From Epithemia pelagica (lineage: Eukaryota; Protista; Bacillariophyta), in NCBI GenBank assembly GCA_946965045.2, contig OX337239.1, positions 1,426,001-1,490,000 of the forward strand: a stretch of DNA of 64,000 bases. Reading direction: 5' to 3'. The position numbers and the translations under genes are program-made. This document shows positions 22,265 to 33,591 of this stretch, one piece after another. A model generated the notes under the pieces. The model saw only the letters and a program-made list of their open reading frames with translations, was not told the origin of the DNA and searched no databases. The stretch's first letter is position 1. Each line of letters starts with the position of its first letter.

Positions 22265-23701
22265 TAGCAAACGAGGAGCACCAACAGAATCGAGCAAAAA
22301 CCAAAACGAAACCACTCTGTTTTCTCTCTCTCTTCCTTCTACCAATCTACCTATATTTGTCGGCATCTTGTGCCTGACTCGGCCATCATGGAACCAACCC
22401 ACAGACTGTTTGCTTGCTTTTGATTGCATCATTCTCAGAGACTTCCATGCCACTAGGCCGAAGAAAGTTGCCATACTCCGAGTAGCTACTCGAATCTCCC
22501 TAGAATGCTTTCTCTACTGGACTGATATCTGATAGTCTTGGTAGGAGTAAGTACTGGTTTTTAACTACTCCTCATTCTTTCAATCCCATTCGAAAGTACG
22601 GCATCGAAGAGGAAAGCTATGGCAATGGCCTCATCCCATACTGCTATGGCACAAAGGCCGCTGTAGTAGTGAATCAGTCATGACTCACTGGATCACGGAC
22701 GGACGACGGACATTGAGTCTGAGTCTTGCGAAATGGTTTGACTCCTGAATTGGAATGACGTCTACAGCAGCTGACATGGTTGAACTTGCGGGAGCCAATG
22801 AAAACGTCAGAGATCATGAAATTTCGCGTTACGTGGTTTGACGTAGCATCCCAACATATATGCGCCGTATTCAAACTACGGAAAACTAGATGATAGGGCG
22901 AGTCAAATGGAAATGACGACATTGACAAACCATCTACGTGGCACGTTTTTCAATGACGTTCCCGGCCGCGTCTCCGAGCGTTTGAATAGGTGCAATCTGC
23001 AATGTACTCTATTGTATCTCTGTTCTCTGTCTCTCGGCAATTTGATCCTTTTGGCAAGAGGCTCAACTCGATCGGCTTGTTGGTTGTTGGTACCTCTTCT
23101 CTTTGTCGTTTCGTGTGTTGTTGGTGTTGTTGGCCCAATAGTGCCGGAAGCCAATACGCACTTGCGCAAGTGGTGTCGCAATTCGTAGCACACACACACA
23201 TCAAAATCATCTCATCAGGTCTTTGCTCTACGAGCGCAAAGAGGGAACAAGCAGGACCAGCCGGCCTGGTGCTGTCTTTTTGCCAATTGTGCAACTCGTG
23301 TGACCAATCTCAAACGAGGTCTCGTCCTTGGACACAGCCTTTTCCTTGTTGCTCTGGCATTGCCTTTTCAGTTGGGGGAGTCGTTGTTTGCATTGAACGT
23401 TTGGAAAGAGGAACACGCTTAGTAGTTGGTTCTCATCATCCCCAGTTCAAGGATTGGAATACGAAGCCTTCGCATTCGGTGTTGAGGCGGAACGAACCAA
23501 CCAACACAAACACAATTGCGACACACGTGAAGAACTGATTGTGGTTTTTGAGGAGAGAGAGTGTAGTTTGGTCCATTCCTTATGTGTCTGTGCGTAGGGA
23601 CGGGTTGACTGGATAGCATTATCGACAGCAACAACCTCTACTAGAGTCATTACTATCACGATTGAGTGAGTGAGGGGAGAGACGTTTTGGGTTTGAGAAG
23701 C

Positions 23702-26140
23702 ATGGATTCGCATACCCACAGTAACAACAATCATCACCCTCCTCCTCTCCCGGAAACCACCACTTTGGATCATCATAACCACAAAAACAACAATAGCAAT
23801 ACCAACAATCTTGCGACTGCCAGCAACAGCAACAACAACACTACCAAAACCAACCCCACCTCCTTGGAATCCAATACGGTTCCTCTTGCCACCACGGTTG
23901 TGCCCCCTCCCACGAGTGCTGTGAAACAGAATGACAGTTCCATCCTCCAAACACAACAACAGCAGCAACAACAACAAGAATTGGCAGAAAACATGAACCG
24001 TGCCTTAAACACGGCAGCAGCATCCGCAGCTCCTCCCTCGGCCTTGACTCCCCTCGCAGCGGCTCCCCCCTCCACCAGTCTGGTACCCACTCTGTCTACC
24101 GGAGCCGCTCCTACGGCCACCACTCCAGCTGCCACTGCTGGCCTGGCGGCTCCCACCTTGGCTCTTCCAGCGACGGTACCACCGTGGTTTTCCACCGCAG
24201 CTGCGGCAGCCGCCTATCCAGCCTTGATTCAACAAGCCTTTCAACAACAAGCGGCCGCTGTGGCAGCCGCAGGAGGAGCTCCCTCCACAACAGCATCCAC
24301 TGCTGCGACTCCCAACTTTTTGTTGCCTTCGACGGCCGCCATGAATCCAGCCGCTGCCTTGGCCATTGCGGGAGGAGGGGTGGTCTTTCCGGCGGCGGCG
24401 GCCGCCGCTGCTGCAGCCGCCTTGGCGGCTTCGGGTCAAGCCACCGCTCCACCCTCGTTGGATCTCTTGGCGGCCTCCACGGCGGTGACCAATCCTCTGG
24501 TACCATCGGTGAAACCCACGACTTCGGCCGTGACGACTACTACCACCAATCATAATGGATCCAATGGCAAACGAAAAGCACCCACCAACGCACCCTTGGC
24601 TCCACTTCCCTCCATCAACGGCAAAACTAGTAGTACAACGGCAAGCACGGGAGAACCGCTCGCCAAGAAACCAGCCACGGCTGCCACACGTCCCCCCGCC
24701 ACCGCCACCACCACCACCACGACTGCAAACCACAACAACCACAATAATACGGCTGCCGCGTCTTCAGTCGTTTCCTTGTATTCCACCAGTGACACGGCGG
24801 CTCCTCGAACATCGACCAGTACGAGTAGCTCCAGTTGTGTCACCGCCACCACGCGGAGCAGTCCACCACCACCACCACTAGCATCCTCCTCCACAACGGC
24901 CTTGGCCGTGCCACCGGCACCTCCTCCCCTCTTGGCGTCTTCGACTTCTTCTACGGCGGTGGGAGTAACGAGTGGGGGTGCCCCGACGGCAGGTGTCCCT
25001 CCCCCCACCAGCACGGCCGATTGGATGATGGAGGGCATGGATTCCATGTTGGAGTTTGGAGGAGCTTCGTCCGCGGCTCTGGGGAATGGGGGAGACTTGG
25101 GGGCCGGGGTACCGCCCTCGGAACGACGGCGGTACGAACGCAACATGCGCGAACAGCAACGCTCCTATCGGATCAGTCAACAAATTAAACAATTGCGCGA
25201 TGTCTTGGAAGAAAACAAGATTCCGTTCAAACCCAACAAATTTTCCATTTTGGTCAGTGTGGTGGAATACATTAAGCAGTTGCAAAGCCGATCCATTATG
25301 CTGGATTCCGAACATGCCCGGTTGATGGATACGGTCCGACAAACGACCGAACTCGTCCATCAACAACAGCAACAAAACAATAATAATAATAAGAGCAATA
25401 GTGGATCGGATGCGGCGGATGAAGAAGAAGAAGAGACGGGTGACGAAGGAATGGGGAATTCCAACAAGGGAGGCTTTGCACTCACAACGAGCAATGGAAA
25501 CAGCAAGAACCACACAAGTACTAGCACCGAAGGACCCTTGGATTTGTTTTTGTCATCCTCCTCTTCCTCGGCCTTATCGTCGTCCCCTCTGTTAAAGGAT
25601 ATGTATCCACTTGTGTTTGCCAAGTGTCCCGCCGCCTTGGGGATTGCCTCCTTGGACGGACGCGTGTTGGCTTGCAATTCCTGTTTTGAAGGTTTGTTGG
25701 GTGTTCAACAAGATCAAGTCTTTCAACAATCCATGTTTGTGTACATTCGCAACCATCAAGATATTTTTGAAGCCATGGCCGATTTGCTGAAACGATCCTC
25801 CGCGGCCACTGAAGTCCCCCAGTCCACCACGACAGCTGGAGCAACAGCACCTCCGACCACGGCCCTTCCACCCAGCACGGTTCCGGGTGGGGGCACGGCC
25901 ATTTACGTGGCTCCTCCCGAATCCTCCGACAACCACCACCTCAAGACAAACAACAACAAGGCGACGTTGAATGCCTCGTCGTCGTCTTTGTCGGCGCATC
26001 ATATTTTGTATTGGTGTGGGTCGGTCATTTCTCTGCATGGCAAACGGCTGGCCTTTACCATTTCCTTGACCAATACCAACAACGGAGATCCCAAGTACTT
26101 TGCCCTGTCCGCTGCACAAGTCGAACCGGAACAAGACTGA
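23702..26140 (+). CDS. bHLH-PAS transcription factor, about 812 aa, long low-complexity N-terminus
   Basis: bHLH RNMREQQRSYRISQQIKQLRDVL...NKFSILVSVVEYIKQLQ; PAS-like VFAKCPAALGIASLDGRVLACNSCF. Confidence 0.88.
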   Translation: MDSHTHSNNNHHPPPLPETTTLDHHNHKNNNSNTNNLATASNSNNNTTKTNPTSLESNTVPLATTVVPPPTSAVKQNDSSILQTQQQQQQQQELAENMNRALNTAAASAAPPSALTPLAAAPPSTSLVPTLSTGAAPTATTPAATAGLAAPTLALPATVPPWFSTAAAAAAYPALIQQAFQQQAAAVAAAGGAPSTTASTAATPNFLLPSTAAMNPAAALAIAGGGVVFPAAAAAAAAAALAASGQATAPPSLDLLAASTAVTNPLVPSVKPTTSAVTTTTTNHNGSNGKRKAPTNAPLAPLPSINGKTSSTTASTGEPLAKKPATAATRPPATATTTTTTANHNNHNNTAAASSVVSLYSTSDTAAPRTSTSTSSSSCVTATTRSSPPPPPLASSSTTALAVPPAPPPLLASSTSSTAVGVTSGGAPTAGVPPPTSTADWMMEGMDSMLEFGGASSAALGNGGDLGAGVPPSERRRYERNMREQQRSYRISQQIKQLRDVLEENKIPFKPNKFSILVSVVEYIKQLQSRSIMLDSEHARLMDTVRQTTELVHQQQQQNNNNNKSNSGSDAADEEEEETGDEGMGNSNKGGFALTTSNGNSKNHTSTSTEGPLDLFLSSSSSSALSSSPLLKDMYPLVFAKCPAALGIASLDGRVLACNSCFEGLLGVQQDQVFQQSMFVYIRNHQDIFEAMADLLKRSSAATEVPQSTTTAGATAPPTTALPPSTVPGGGTAIYVAPPESSDNHHLKTNNNKATLNASSSSLSAHHILYWCGSVISLHGKRLAFTISLTNTNNGDPKYFALSAAQVEPEQD

Positions 26141-26979
26141 TGCCTGAGAAACGCAAGACCTCAAGACCAGACCATTGGTCCATTGGACCGAAGAGGCTCG
26201 GGAATTCGGTCCCGTCCATGTCATTGTTTCACACACATGTCCTGCAATGGAGGGAATGCCTCAAGGCCCCTTGTGTGTTATTAATGGATGGATTCAAAGA
26301 AGGTTAGTTTTCTTTTCGACATTTCCATTGACGAGCGGCGGCCTCAAGTGTCCCAGGCAGCCACTCATGCTTCAGTTGTCAGCTCTGGACGTTGGGGTTA
26401 CGCTTTCAGGGCCCTCATTAGATACCCGGGTTAGGTTCATGGTACACATCTCCCAGTTCGAACAAGTCCCGCGGAAGGAGCGGTCGTTCTCTCGAATGCC
26501 CCTGGCTTTCCTGCCAAGCAAGACGTAACTTGTGGCGCACCGGAATCCTTTTATTTCTACGCAATGATGCTGGGGGCGACAGTTTCCATACATTGGGGTT
26601 ATGGAGACTGTTTTGGATATAAATGTGGCGGAAGACATACACAAAGAGTACGACGGATGAAAATCAAAGCAAACGAGACTGTCTATAGCCCATGAGCTTC
26701 GCCTTGTATCATCCGATCGATCCCCTCGCACAGTTTCTTATAGTATACATAGATGTTGCTGCAGCGTATCGTTACTCCGCATACTTAAAGTTCCGTTTCC
26801 TATACACTATGTCCCCTACACACGCGTTTTTGATGAATTCCCGAGGAGTAGTTACCTTAGTTAAACATTGAGGCCTACTCCTAGTAAGCACGAAGTACCA
26901 TATTGTAACTCTTGTCTTGGAAAAGTACTTTCTGAGGGGGAAGTGCAATTCTGCATGACATTGATTACTCGTTCTGCAT

Positions 26980-29662
26980 TCACGATGCCAAAAAGATGTG
27001 TTCCTCGTCTAGTATCAGTTCGGGTTCTGGTAACCCTCGAATGCCAAAGGGCAAGACCAGGGAATACAATCCTCCTCCATCGGGACCACGTGTGGTAATA
27101 AAGAGGGTATTCAGTTCCGGACCTCCAAAGGTACAGGAGGTAGGACTCTTGACAGGCAAATGCACGACCAAGTCCACTCTTCCCGATTCGGGATGAATCC
27201 GCACCACACGACCGGCTCCACTCAAGGCTGCCCAAATAAATCCCTCAGCGTCTGTGTACGCCATATTCCCGGGAAAGAGAGAGACAGAGAGAAACATTGA
27301 CGAGATCGACCAGTCAAACAAAAAAGTTTGTGAGGAGGAAAAAACTGTACACTATACACCAATCCAACTCTTGGCAATGTAAAGCTCTAGTGTTCGTTCC
27401 GCAGCGACACACTGCTTGATACGTACCTACTTGCGCTCCATCCGGACCTCCGTCCCATTCACATGGCATGGTCCACAAAAGACGTCGATTGGACAAGACG
27501 CTTCCTGTTGTGGTATCATGGCGGTTACCAGTCACGGCGGCGGCATTGCCATTGTAATCAAAGGCGTATAGTTTGCGTGTGGGAGTATCACAAAAGTACA
27601 CAGTCTTTCCCGACGGCGCAAAGCACAGGCAATTGGAGACTCGGTAGGGTGGAACGGTTAGTTTGGTCGTTGCATCATGATTCACTCCCAGTCGGTACAA
27701 GTGCGTACTGGGATCGGCCTGATTCACCGGCGATCGATGATAATTGTTGTACATACCAAAGACTAAATTCCGACCCTCTCGGTCGACTCGTCCATCGTTG
27801 GGACGAGTGGGAAGACGTGGTTCTGGAGGTGGACACAACCACGTTTGTTGGGGCGCAGTGGTTCCCGAACCATGGGAGGCGTGGTTGTCGATTTCTTCCT
27901 CCTCCTCGGTGGCAGCAGAAGGGGTTACCAAATCAATGTGCCAAAACCCATCTTCACAAGCGGCCAAGAGTGTTTGCGACGACGTTGACGACGATTCTTG
28001 GGATGGTGCCAAGAGGGCAATGCATCCAATGGTATTCGTTCCACCAGTAGTACAAGCAACCTTGGTACAAAAGGCTGGATCATGGAGATTCCAGGTCCAA
28101 ATCAAGCCTTGTGGGGCATCAATCCAATGTAAGGTTTGATCTCGGACAGACCATACCGGACTTTCTCCCAAGGTATTGGAGGTGGGTAGACATTCGCGAG
28201 CCGTAAATTCGTGGGGAGAACGCTAAAGGCCCGATGACAAGGAACACGCAAGTTGCAACAGAATCGAGCAAACACAAACAAAAAGCATGACTAGGTTAGA
28301 TGACCAAGATTTCAACAACCAACCACAGAAATCCATGGATCGATATCTTTTTTACAAGTGTCGTTGTTGTTGCATTTCTGGTTGATGAAATGCCTTCATT
28401 CCTCAAAGACATAAATACAAAGGGACGACGGACTAGTAGGAGGCGCTCACCTGCGGCTCTTGGGAATAGAGTTTGGAGGGCAAGATGGACGCTCCATGAA
28501 TGATTCGGGTAAAGGCATCGGCCGACAAGGAGAGGGACGAGTCGAGTACCATGCCGTCGATATCTGGTAGAGACGTGTAGTCGGTAATGGTACGAGGTGA
28601 CACATTGGTGTTGCTGTTGGAATCGCGACACCACAAGAGTAGTCGAGGTATGGTGGAAAGATCCGTGTCGAATACGTCGACTCGCAGTGCTTCCAACCAC
28701 TCTGGTATCTCGGACAGTGACATACTCGATGCAGGTTCCACAGCTACGGAAATACGTTCCCAGTCCCGTTCCTGAACGACTCCTTGCTTGAGAACCTGGG
28801 AAAGATCATCTGAATGTGAGACACAGAGCACGAGTTGCAACCGCTCGTTGTGTGCCAAACACGTAGCCAGTTGACGACCCAAGTTTTGGACCATGTCGCT
28901 TTTGTCCTCGTCGTCGTCCACTTGGAGTGTGAGTAGCACATGATCGCATCCTACGGATTGTACTTGCAAAATCCAATTTGGATCGGAGGATGACGACAAG
29001 TGTGCCCCCACATGAATGCCACTTCCTTGCAAGCCATCCACGACATGTGAGACAAAGGGCAGAGGTGGAATCACCATGATTTGGACGTCTGGGGAAGTAG
29101 AATGATGATGATGGGGAGCCAAATTGGCGGCCAAGAGTTTGCAAACATTGATGGCGGCACCCAAAGTGGCCGGTTCGGTTTGCCAGTCGCCTACAATCAA
29201 TAGGGGACGTTGTCGTTGTGGCGTCACAATGGTTGCTTGCAATACTGACGACGTCGTCGTCGTTCTCTTTTGCAGATTGCTATTGTTCCGGTTCTTGTTA
29301 TTATTGGTACTGTGATCGTCGTTGGTTGCATGGTCCTCTTCTTGATCTCGATTCCGCCAAGCCCATTCTCGAGCTAAATCCTGAATATTCGTCGAGCTGC
29401 TCGGGCTCTGGTACAAACCAGTGTCGTAGGTAATGGCCCTTGGTGTCGTTTGATGTGGGAGCCTAAAATCAAGTGGCGGTTGTGCAAGTCGTCGTCGTCG
29501 GGGTCGTGTGTTTGTGCGGACTTGTTGTGGTAAAGGATACCATGCAAAGGCACGGATTCTGTCAACGACGAGCACGAGCGACAAAAGGACAAGCAGCACA
29601 GCGCGACGACAAATACCGAGCCTTACTGGCAGGTGCTTCTGCCAAAAATCCATGGTAGACAT
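26980..29662 (-). CDS. Predicted 3-exon fusion: presequence + degenerate triosephosphate-isomerase-like barrel + SMP-30/gluconolactonase (SGL) propeller, about 759 aa
   Basis: Exons 29662-28451, 28222-27427 and 27251-26980. Intron 1 CAG|GTGAGC...CCTTTAG|CGT (228 nt, phase 0/0); intron 2 G|GTACGT...ACACAG|AC (175 nt) restores GAQVDAEG. SGL motifs LGESP, RPNDG, VSN and GPDG are present. The domains are secure; the fusion is inferred. Confidence 0.7.
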
Positions 29663-30450
29663 GGCAAGGATTACCGTTACGCCAAGAAACAGGAGACGAC
29701 AAGAGGATCTGTCACTGTCACACTTGTATCTTTTGTGGCAGAGAAGTGTGTGTCAATGGACTTGGATTTCTCTCCGATGAAAACTGGAAGTGCGTGTGTC
29801 TATGCAGCGACTGGAAAAGATTCGGTCGCATTTAAATGTAGAGCTGCCCTTTCGATATCGAAGTCCCCTACCAGAATACAGTCGTAATGATGTTTGTTGG
29901 GAGCAATCTAACTTGGGGGTTCATTAACTACTCCTCGTAGGAGTAAGATGAGTAGTTTCTCAAGAAAATCCAAGAAGTGTAAACACTAAACAACATAAAC
30001 AACATAGAACCTGTCATTGAGGAAGGACCGAATGGTAACGGTGGTGAGAATGACAATTTTTATTGGATATTGGATTGCTTCATGGCGCAAAGGCCTGTAC
30101 ACTGTACACAAACTCCCATGGCTTGCTTAACATTGAGAATAGTGTCCGTGGTGAGATCTATGGATGTTGACTACGCAAGGGAAAGGGAGATAAAGACAAT
30201 GTGCCTTCCACAAATGACTCTTCGAGGAGAGACCTCTTGGCTCTTGATCGCCGTTTTGTCTCTTTATTTTTTGGTCAAGGGTCTTTCATTTACAGAGCAT
30301 CGACAAGCATACGCCCATGGTTTGAGAAACTCTCATACAACGCCTATTATATGTAGTCCACAATAGCAGCAATGAATTGTTCCGAGATCATCTCTAGCTA
30401 GGGCCGTTGATAGGAGATTTCAATTGAGAGGCTGATATTCTGCTACGGTG

Positions 30451-32507
30451 TTAAGAGGTTCCGCCAGCTGAAGAAAAAATTTTAAAATCACATTGATTCC
30501 CTGCTGTAGGACTGGAATCTGGTTCGTCCACTTTTCTCCCCGCCGCTTCGACAGCCACCACCAAACCCGTCCGCTGTCCAAGGCAAATCGACTTTAATTC
30601 TTGAATTTTGTTTTCCCAATCCTTCTTCAAACTGAAGGCCATGTAATTGTCCAAGACTTCGTCTCCGGCTTGGACGGAGTGTACCAGCACATCCGAGGCG
30701 GAGGATTTGGACATGTATAACCGATCTCCAGCGGGGTCAAAAAGGTACTGAAACTGGGGAAACATGGTATCCATATCCTCTACAGTGGCCGTGAGTTCGG
30801 TATAATTGGTGGCCACTCCAATATTGTTGGTCCCATTGCATCCATGATTGACAAAGGTGGTAATGCCTGGATCGACTATGTGTGCTTCCAGACCCCAAAA
30901 ATCGTCAGGAAATCCGTAGCCTTTCATGTAATTGTCCAAGGCTTTCCACTTGGCTGGTACCAATTCCAATAGTTCTTGCATAATTTCAGTAGTCAAAGGT
31001 TTGACAAGCATGCTATGGACTGCCTCTTCGAGGGTAAAGTACGTTCCCTTGGCAAAGGCATGTTTGAAAAAGACGCCCCGTCCTGCATTGGCCACGCGAC
31101 TGGGTCCAAATTCCAGAGCCGAAACGGGTAAATTGGGCACATCGGGGTCGTACCCCCGAACGACGGTACAATGCGGCGATGTTTGTCTCGTCGTTTGACA
31201 ATAGTGATTTTCTTGAACGCGGCTGGGGTTTTGATAGTGTTGTTGGGTGGCTCCGTCTAGAAACCGCAAGGATGGTGGTGGTGGTCCACCTGCAGCACTT
31301 GAAATCCTCTTGGCCACGTCAACCTGAATGGAGGAGGCATCGGCATGCCATTCAGCCAAGGCATCCTCATCCGTGAAAATGATACGAAATTCGTGGACAC
31401 GGTGATCCGAGCGGCGACCACCAAGGAGAATTGATTCGGAATAGGCTGCCATTTTGATAGCCTCGGAATTGGCCCAGATACTCGTAAAAGGGTCGAGGGG
31501 GGATGAATCCACATCACCTGTTGTTCTTGGTGTCGCGGCTCCGACATGGGCTACCAACACTCCCGTCGGAGAGAGTGCCGATGCCAAAGCGTCCAGAAAC
31601 GATTGGTCGTTCAACATGGGATGAGAGAACAAGTTGTATGGTGTATCCATGTCGCTGCAAGAAAACAGGTGTGTCAGAAAAATGTCGTCGTGAGCAGTTG
31701 TTGTGAAAGAACCAGACACTCCGGCGCATGTACGTACAGCAGGGTATCCAAAAGAATGACATCCAATTTATTGTCTGATATTTCCTCTTTATCATCATCA
31801 TCTTCTTCTTCTTCTTCTTCTTCTTCGTTATCATTCGCTGCACTACCATAGTGATCGAGGAACCAAGTCCGTGCGGTTTCCAGATTCGTTACCGTGGTCA
31901 AATGCACTCGTGGATCGTCCTTCCAATTAGACGACAACAATAAATCGTCATTCAGGTCCGACCCGTGCTTATTCTCGTTTTCATTTTCGTTGTCATGAAC
32001 CAGGTGCAACACATGACAGTGTTGGACGGTAGTGTGTTTCAAGACTTGATGGAGACTCCCAACCACCATGTCACGGCTGATCGTCGGACTGGCCACCACC
32101 AGGGCCACCTGCTGAGGAGATTTGTGCGACAGCAAGGCCGGATGAACCAGTGTTTCGTGATAGAGTTCCAATGAAGAAGAACACTCCGACTTGGACCATT
32201 CTTCATTGTTGTGCCAAACTCTACAAACCTTTTCTTGTTCCTCCTTTCCAACGCTTGCATGCCACGAAGCAAAAAGACTTGTTTGTCGGCGCAAACCAGT
32301 GGAAAGGGCGAATGGCACGACCGCTGCTAGAACGAAATGCCATAGGATCCGTCTCCAAGTCAAATGAATTGCAGTGAAACCATCACTAGATCGTTTGGTC
32401 GTCGTCGTGTTGCATTCGGTGTGGACCGTCGTGTTCGTGTCTGCTGGTAGGTGAGCATTCTTATTGTTCTTATTGTTCATGACGAGGGGCTTCTTTGCCG
32501 TATCCAA
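30451..32507 (-). CDS. Membrane-anchored spermidine-synthase(aminopropyltransferase)-like + SET-like domain protein, 2 exons, about 657 aa
   Basis: Intron 31655-31737 (GTACGT...TTGCAG, phase 2). YHETLVHPALLSH, VLKH and DVILLD motifs; SET motifs AGRGVF, FVNHGC and GDEVLDNY; N-terminal TM helix. Confidence 0.8.
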
Positions 32508-32578
32508 GGGAGGTTGATGCTGTTCTTCGTCTTTTTTTTTGTTTCTGTGGGTTTTGTGGAAGGTGGAAAGTGTTTATG

Positions 32579-32604
32579 TCTTGGGTCTTGGGTCTTGGGT
32601 CTTG
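32579..32604 (+). repeat. (TCTTGGG)n heptamer repeat, about 3.7 units
   Basis: Read directly. Confidence 0.85.
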
Positions 32605-32670
32605 TGCGTGGTCTTGTGTCTTCACGTCCCACGACCCACGTTCCGATTTCCGATAGTGCCAATGGCGCAA

Positions 32671-32880
32671 GAGCATATTATTTATGCATATGAGATCGCA
32701 TGTTTTCAAGCGTCCAAGCGAGCATATTTACGAGTTACGAGTACGAGCACGAGTACGAGCAATATGAGATCGCTTGTTTTCCAGCCTCAAAACGAGCATA
32801 TTTATGCATATGAGATCGCGCGTCAAAGTCGAAGCGAGCATATTTATGCATATGAGATGGCGTGTTTTCAAGCGTCTGAT
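32671..32880 (+). repeat. Four copies of GAGCATATTTATGCATATGAGATCGC-like unit
   Basis: Copies near 32671, 32720 (interrupted by CGAGT/CA hexamers), 32793 and 32836. Confidence 0.85.
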
Positions 32881-33281
32881 ATGCGACTATGATTCTCTAA
32901 AAAATCTCAGATATTGTCTCTGCTCTCGGTATTTGTGGAGCTTCTTTGGATACACTGGACACTGGAAACCCAAACTCAACACAACCATCATTCTCTCTCT
33001 CTGTTTGACGCAGCAGGTAACAACAACAACAACAAGGACGTATATACACACTTTTCAATCAACTATAAAGCCTGTGTGATACTACTGACTCTACAGAGGT
33101 CTCTACTAGAGGATTTGGACGTGTGCTTGCACTACCGACACGTGATGGACCACTCGTTCCGACTCACGCACAGGCATGCAGACACATTCATGTCCAGTCG
33201 TGTAGGAACAGAACTTGCGTCCTCGACGACGATGATGACAACGACAAGTACGAGGATTCGACGCTGGCTAGACAACTGCTT

Positions 33282-33500
33282 CTAGCCCAAAGCCTCGACA
33301 CCACACTGCGCAGTGGCGGAGTCCAAATGAATTTCGTCGCAGTTTCCTTCCTCACAATGCCACCATGAATACATGGGATGACAATAGTCGGGGAGATAGG
33401 GCAGATGGCAGTGTACATTCCAACTGGCACCAAAGATATTGGCATTGCAGTGCCAATCCAACGTACAACAACGGCCACAGCCTGTGGGCTCTTTTGTCAT
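33282..33500 (-). pseudogene. Degenerate duplicate of the Cys-rich N-terminal module of the neighbouring gene
   Basis: 33283-33493 is similar to 34277-34487; the paralog's TAC (Tyr) is TAG here. Confidence 0.7.
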
Positions 33501-33591
33501 TTGTGTCTGTCGTTCTGGGTTGTCCTTGGTTCTTTTCTATGGAACAATCGACACCCATGACAAATAACCACTCGTGAGCTCAACCGGGCTG

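Noticed and set aside
23447-26236. Many long antisense or alternative-frame ORFs over the bHLH-PAS gene, and similarly over pol, ferroportin, Deg and FG-GAP genes
   Set aside because: These are shadow ORFs produced by codon bias and low-complexity coding sequence.
28223-28288. SGL as an independent gene with a signal peptide (MLFVCVCSILL...) broken by TAG
   Set aside because: The supposed signal is a pyrimidine-rich tract ending in TTTAG with an in-phase upstream donor. The intron reading is more parsimonious; this remains the alternative if no junction reads exist.
21389-33284. TAG reassigned to Gln because several in-frame TAGs occur
   Set aside because: The TAG at 28223 is better explained as a splice acceptor, the one at 33282 replaces Tyr, other lesions are TGA or TAA, and TAG ends several intact genes.
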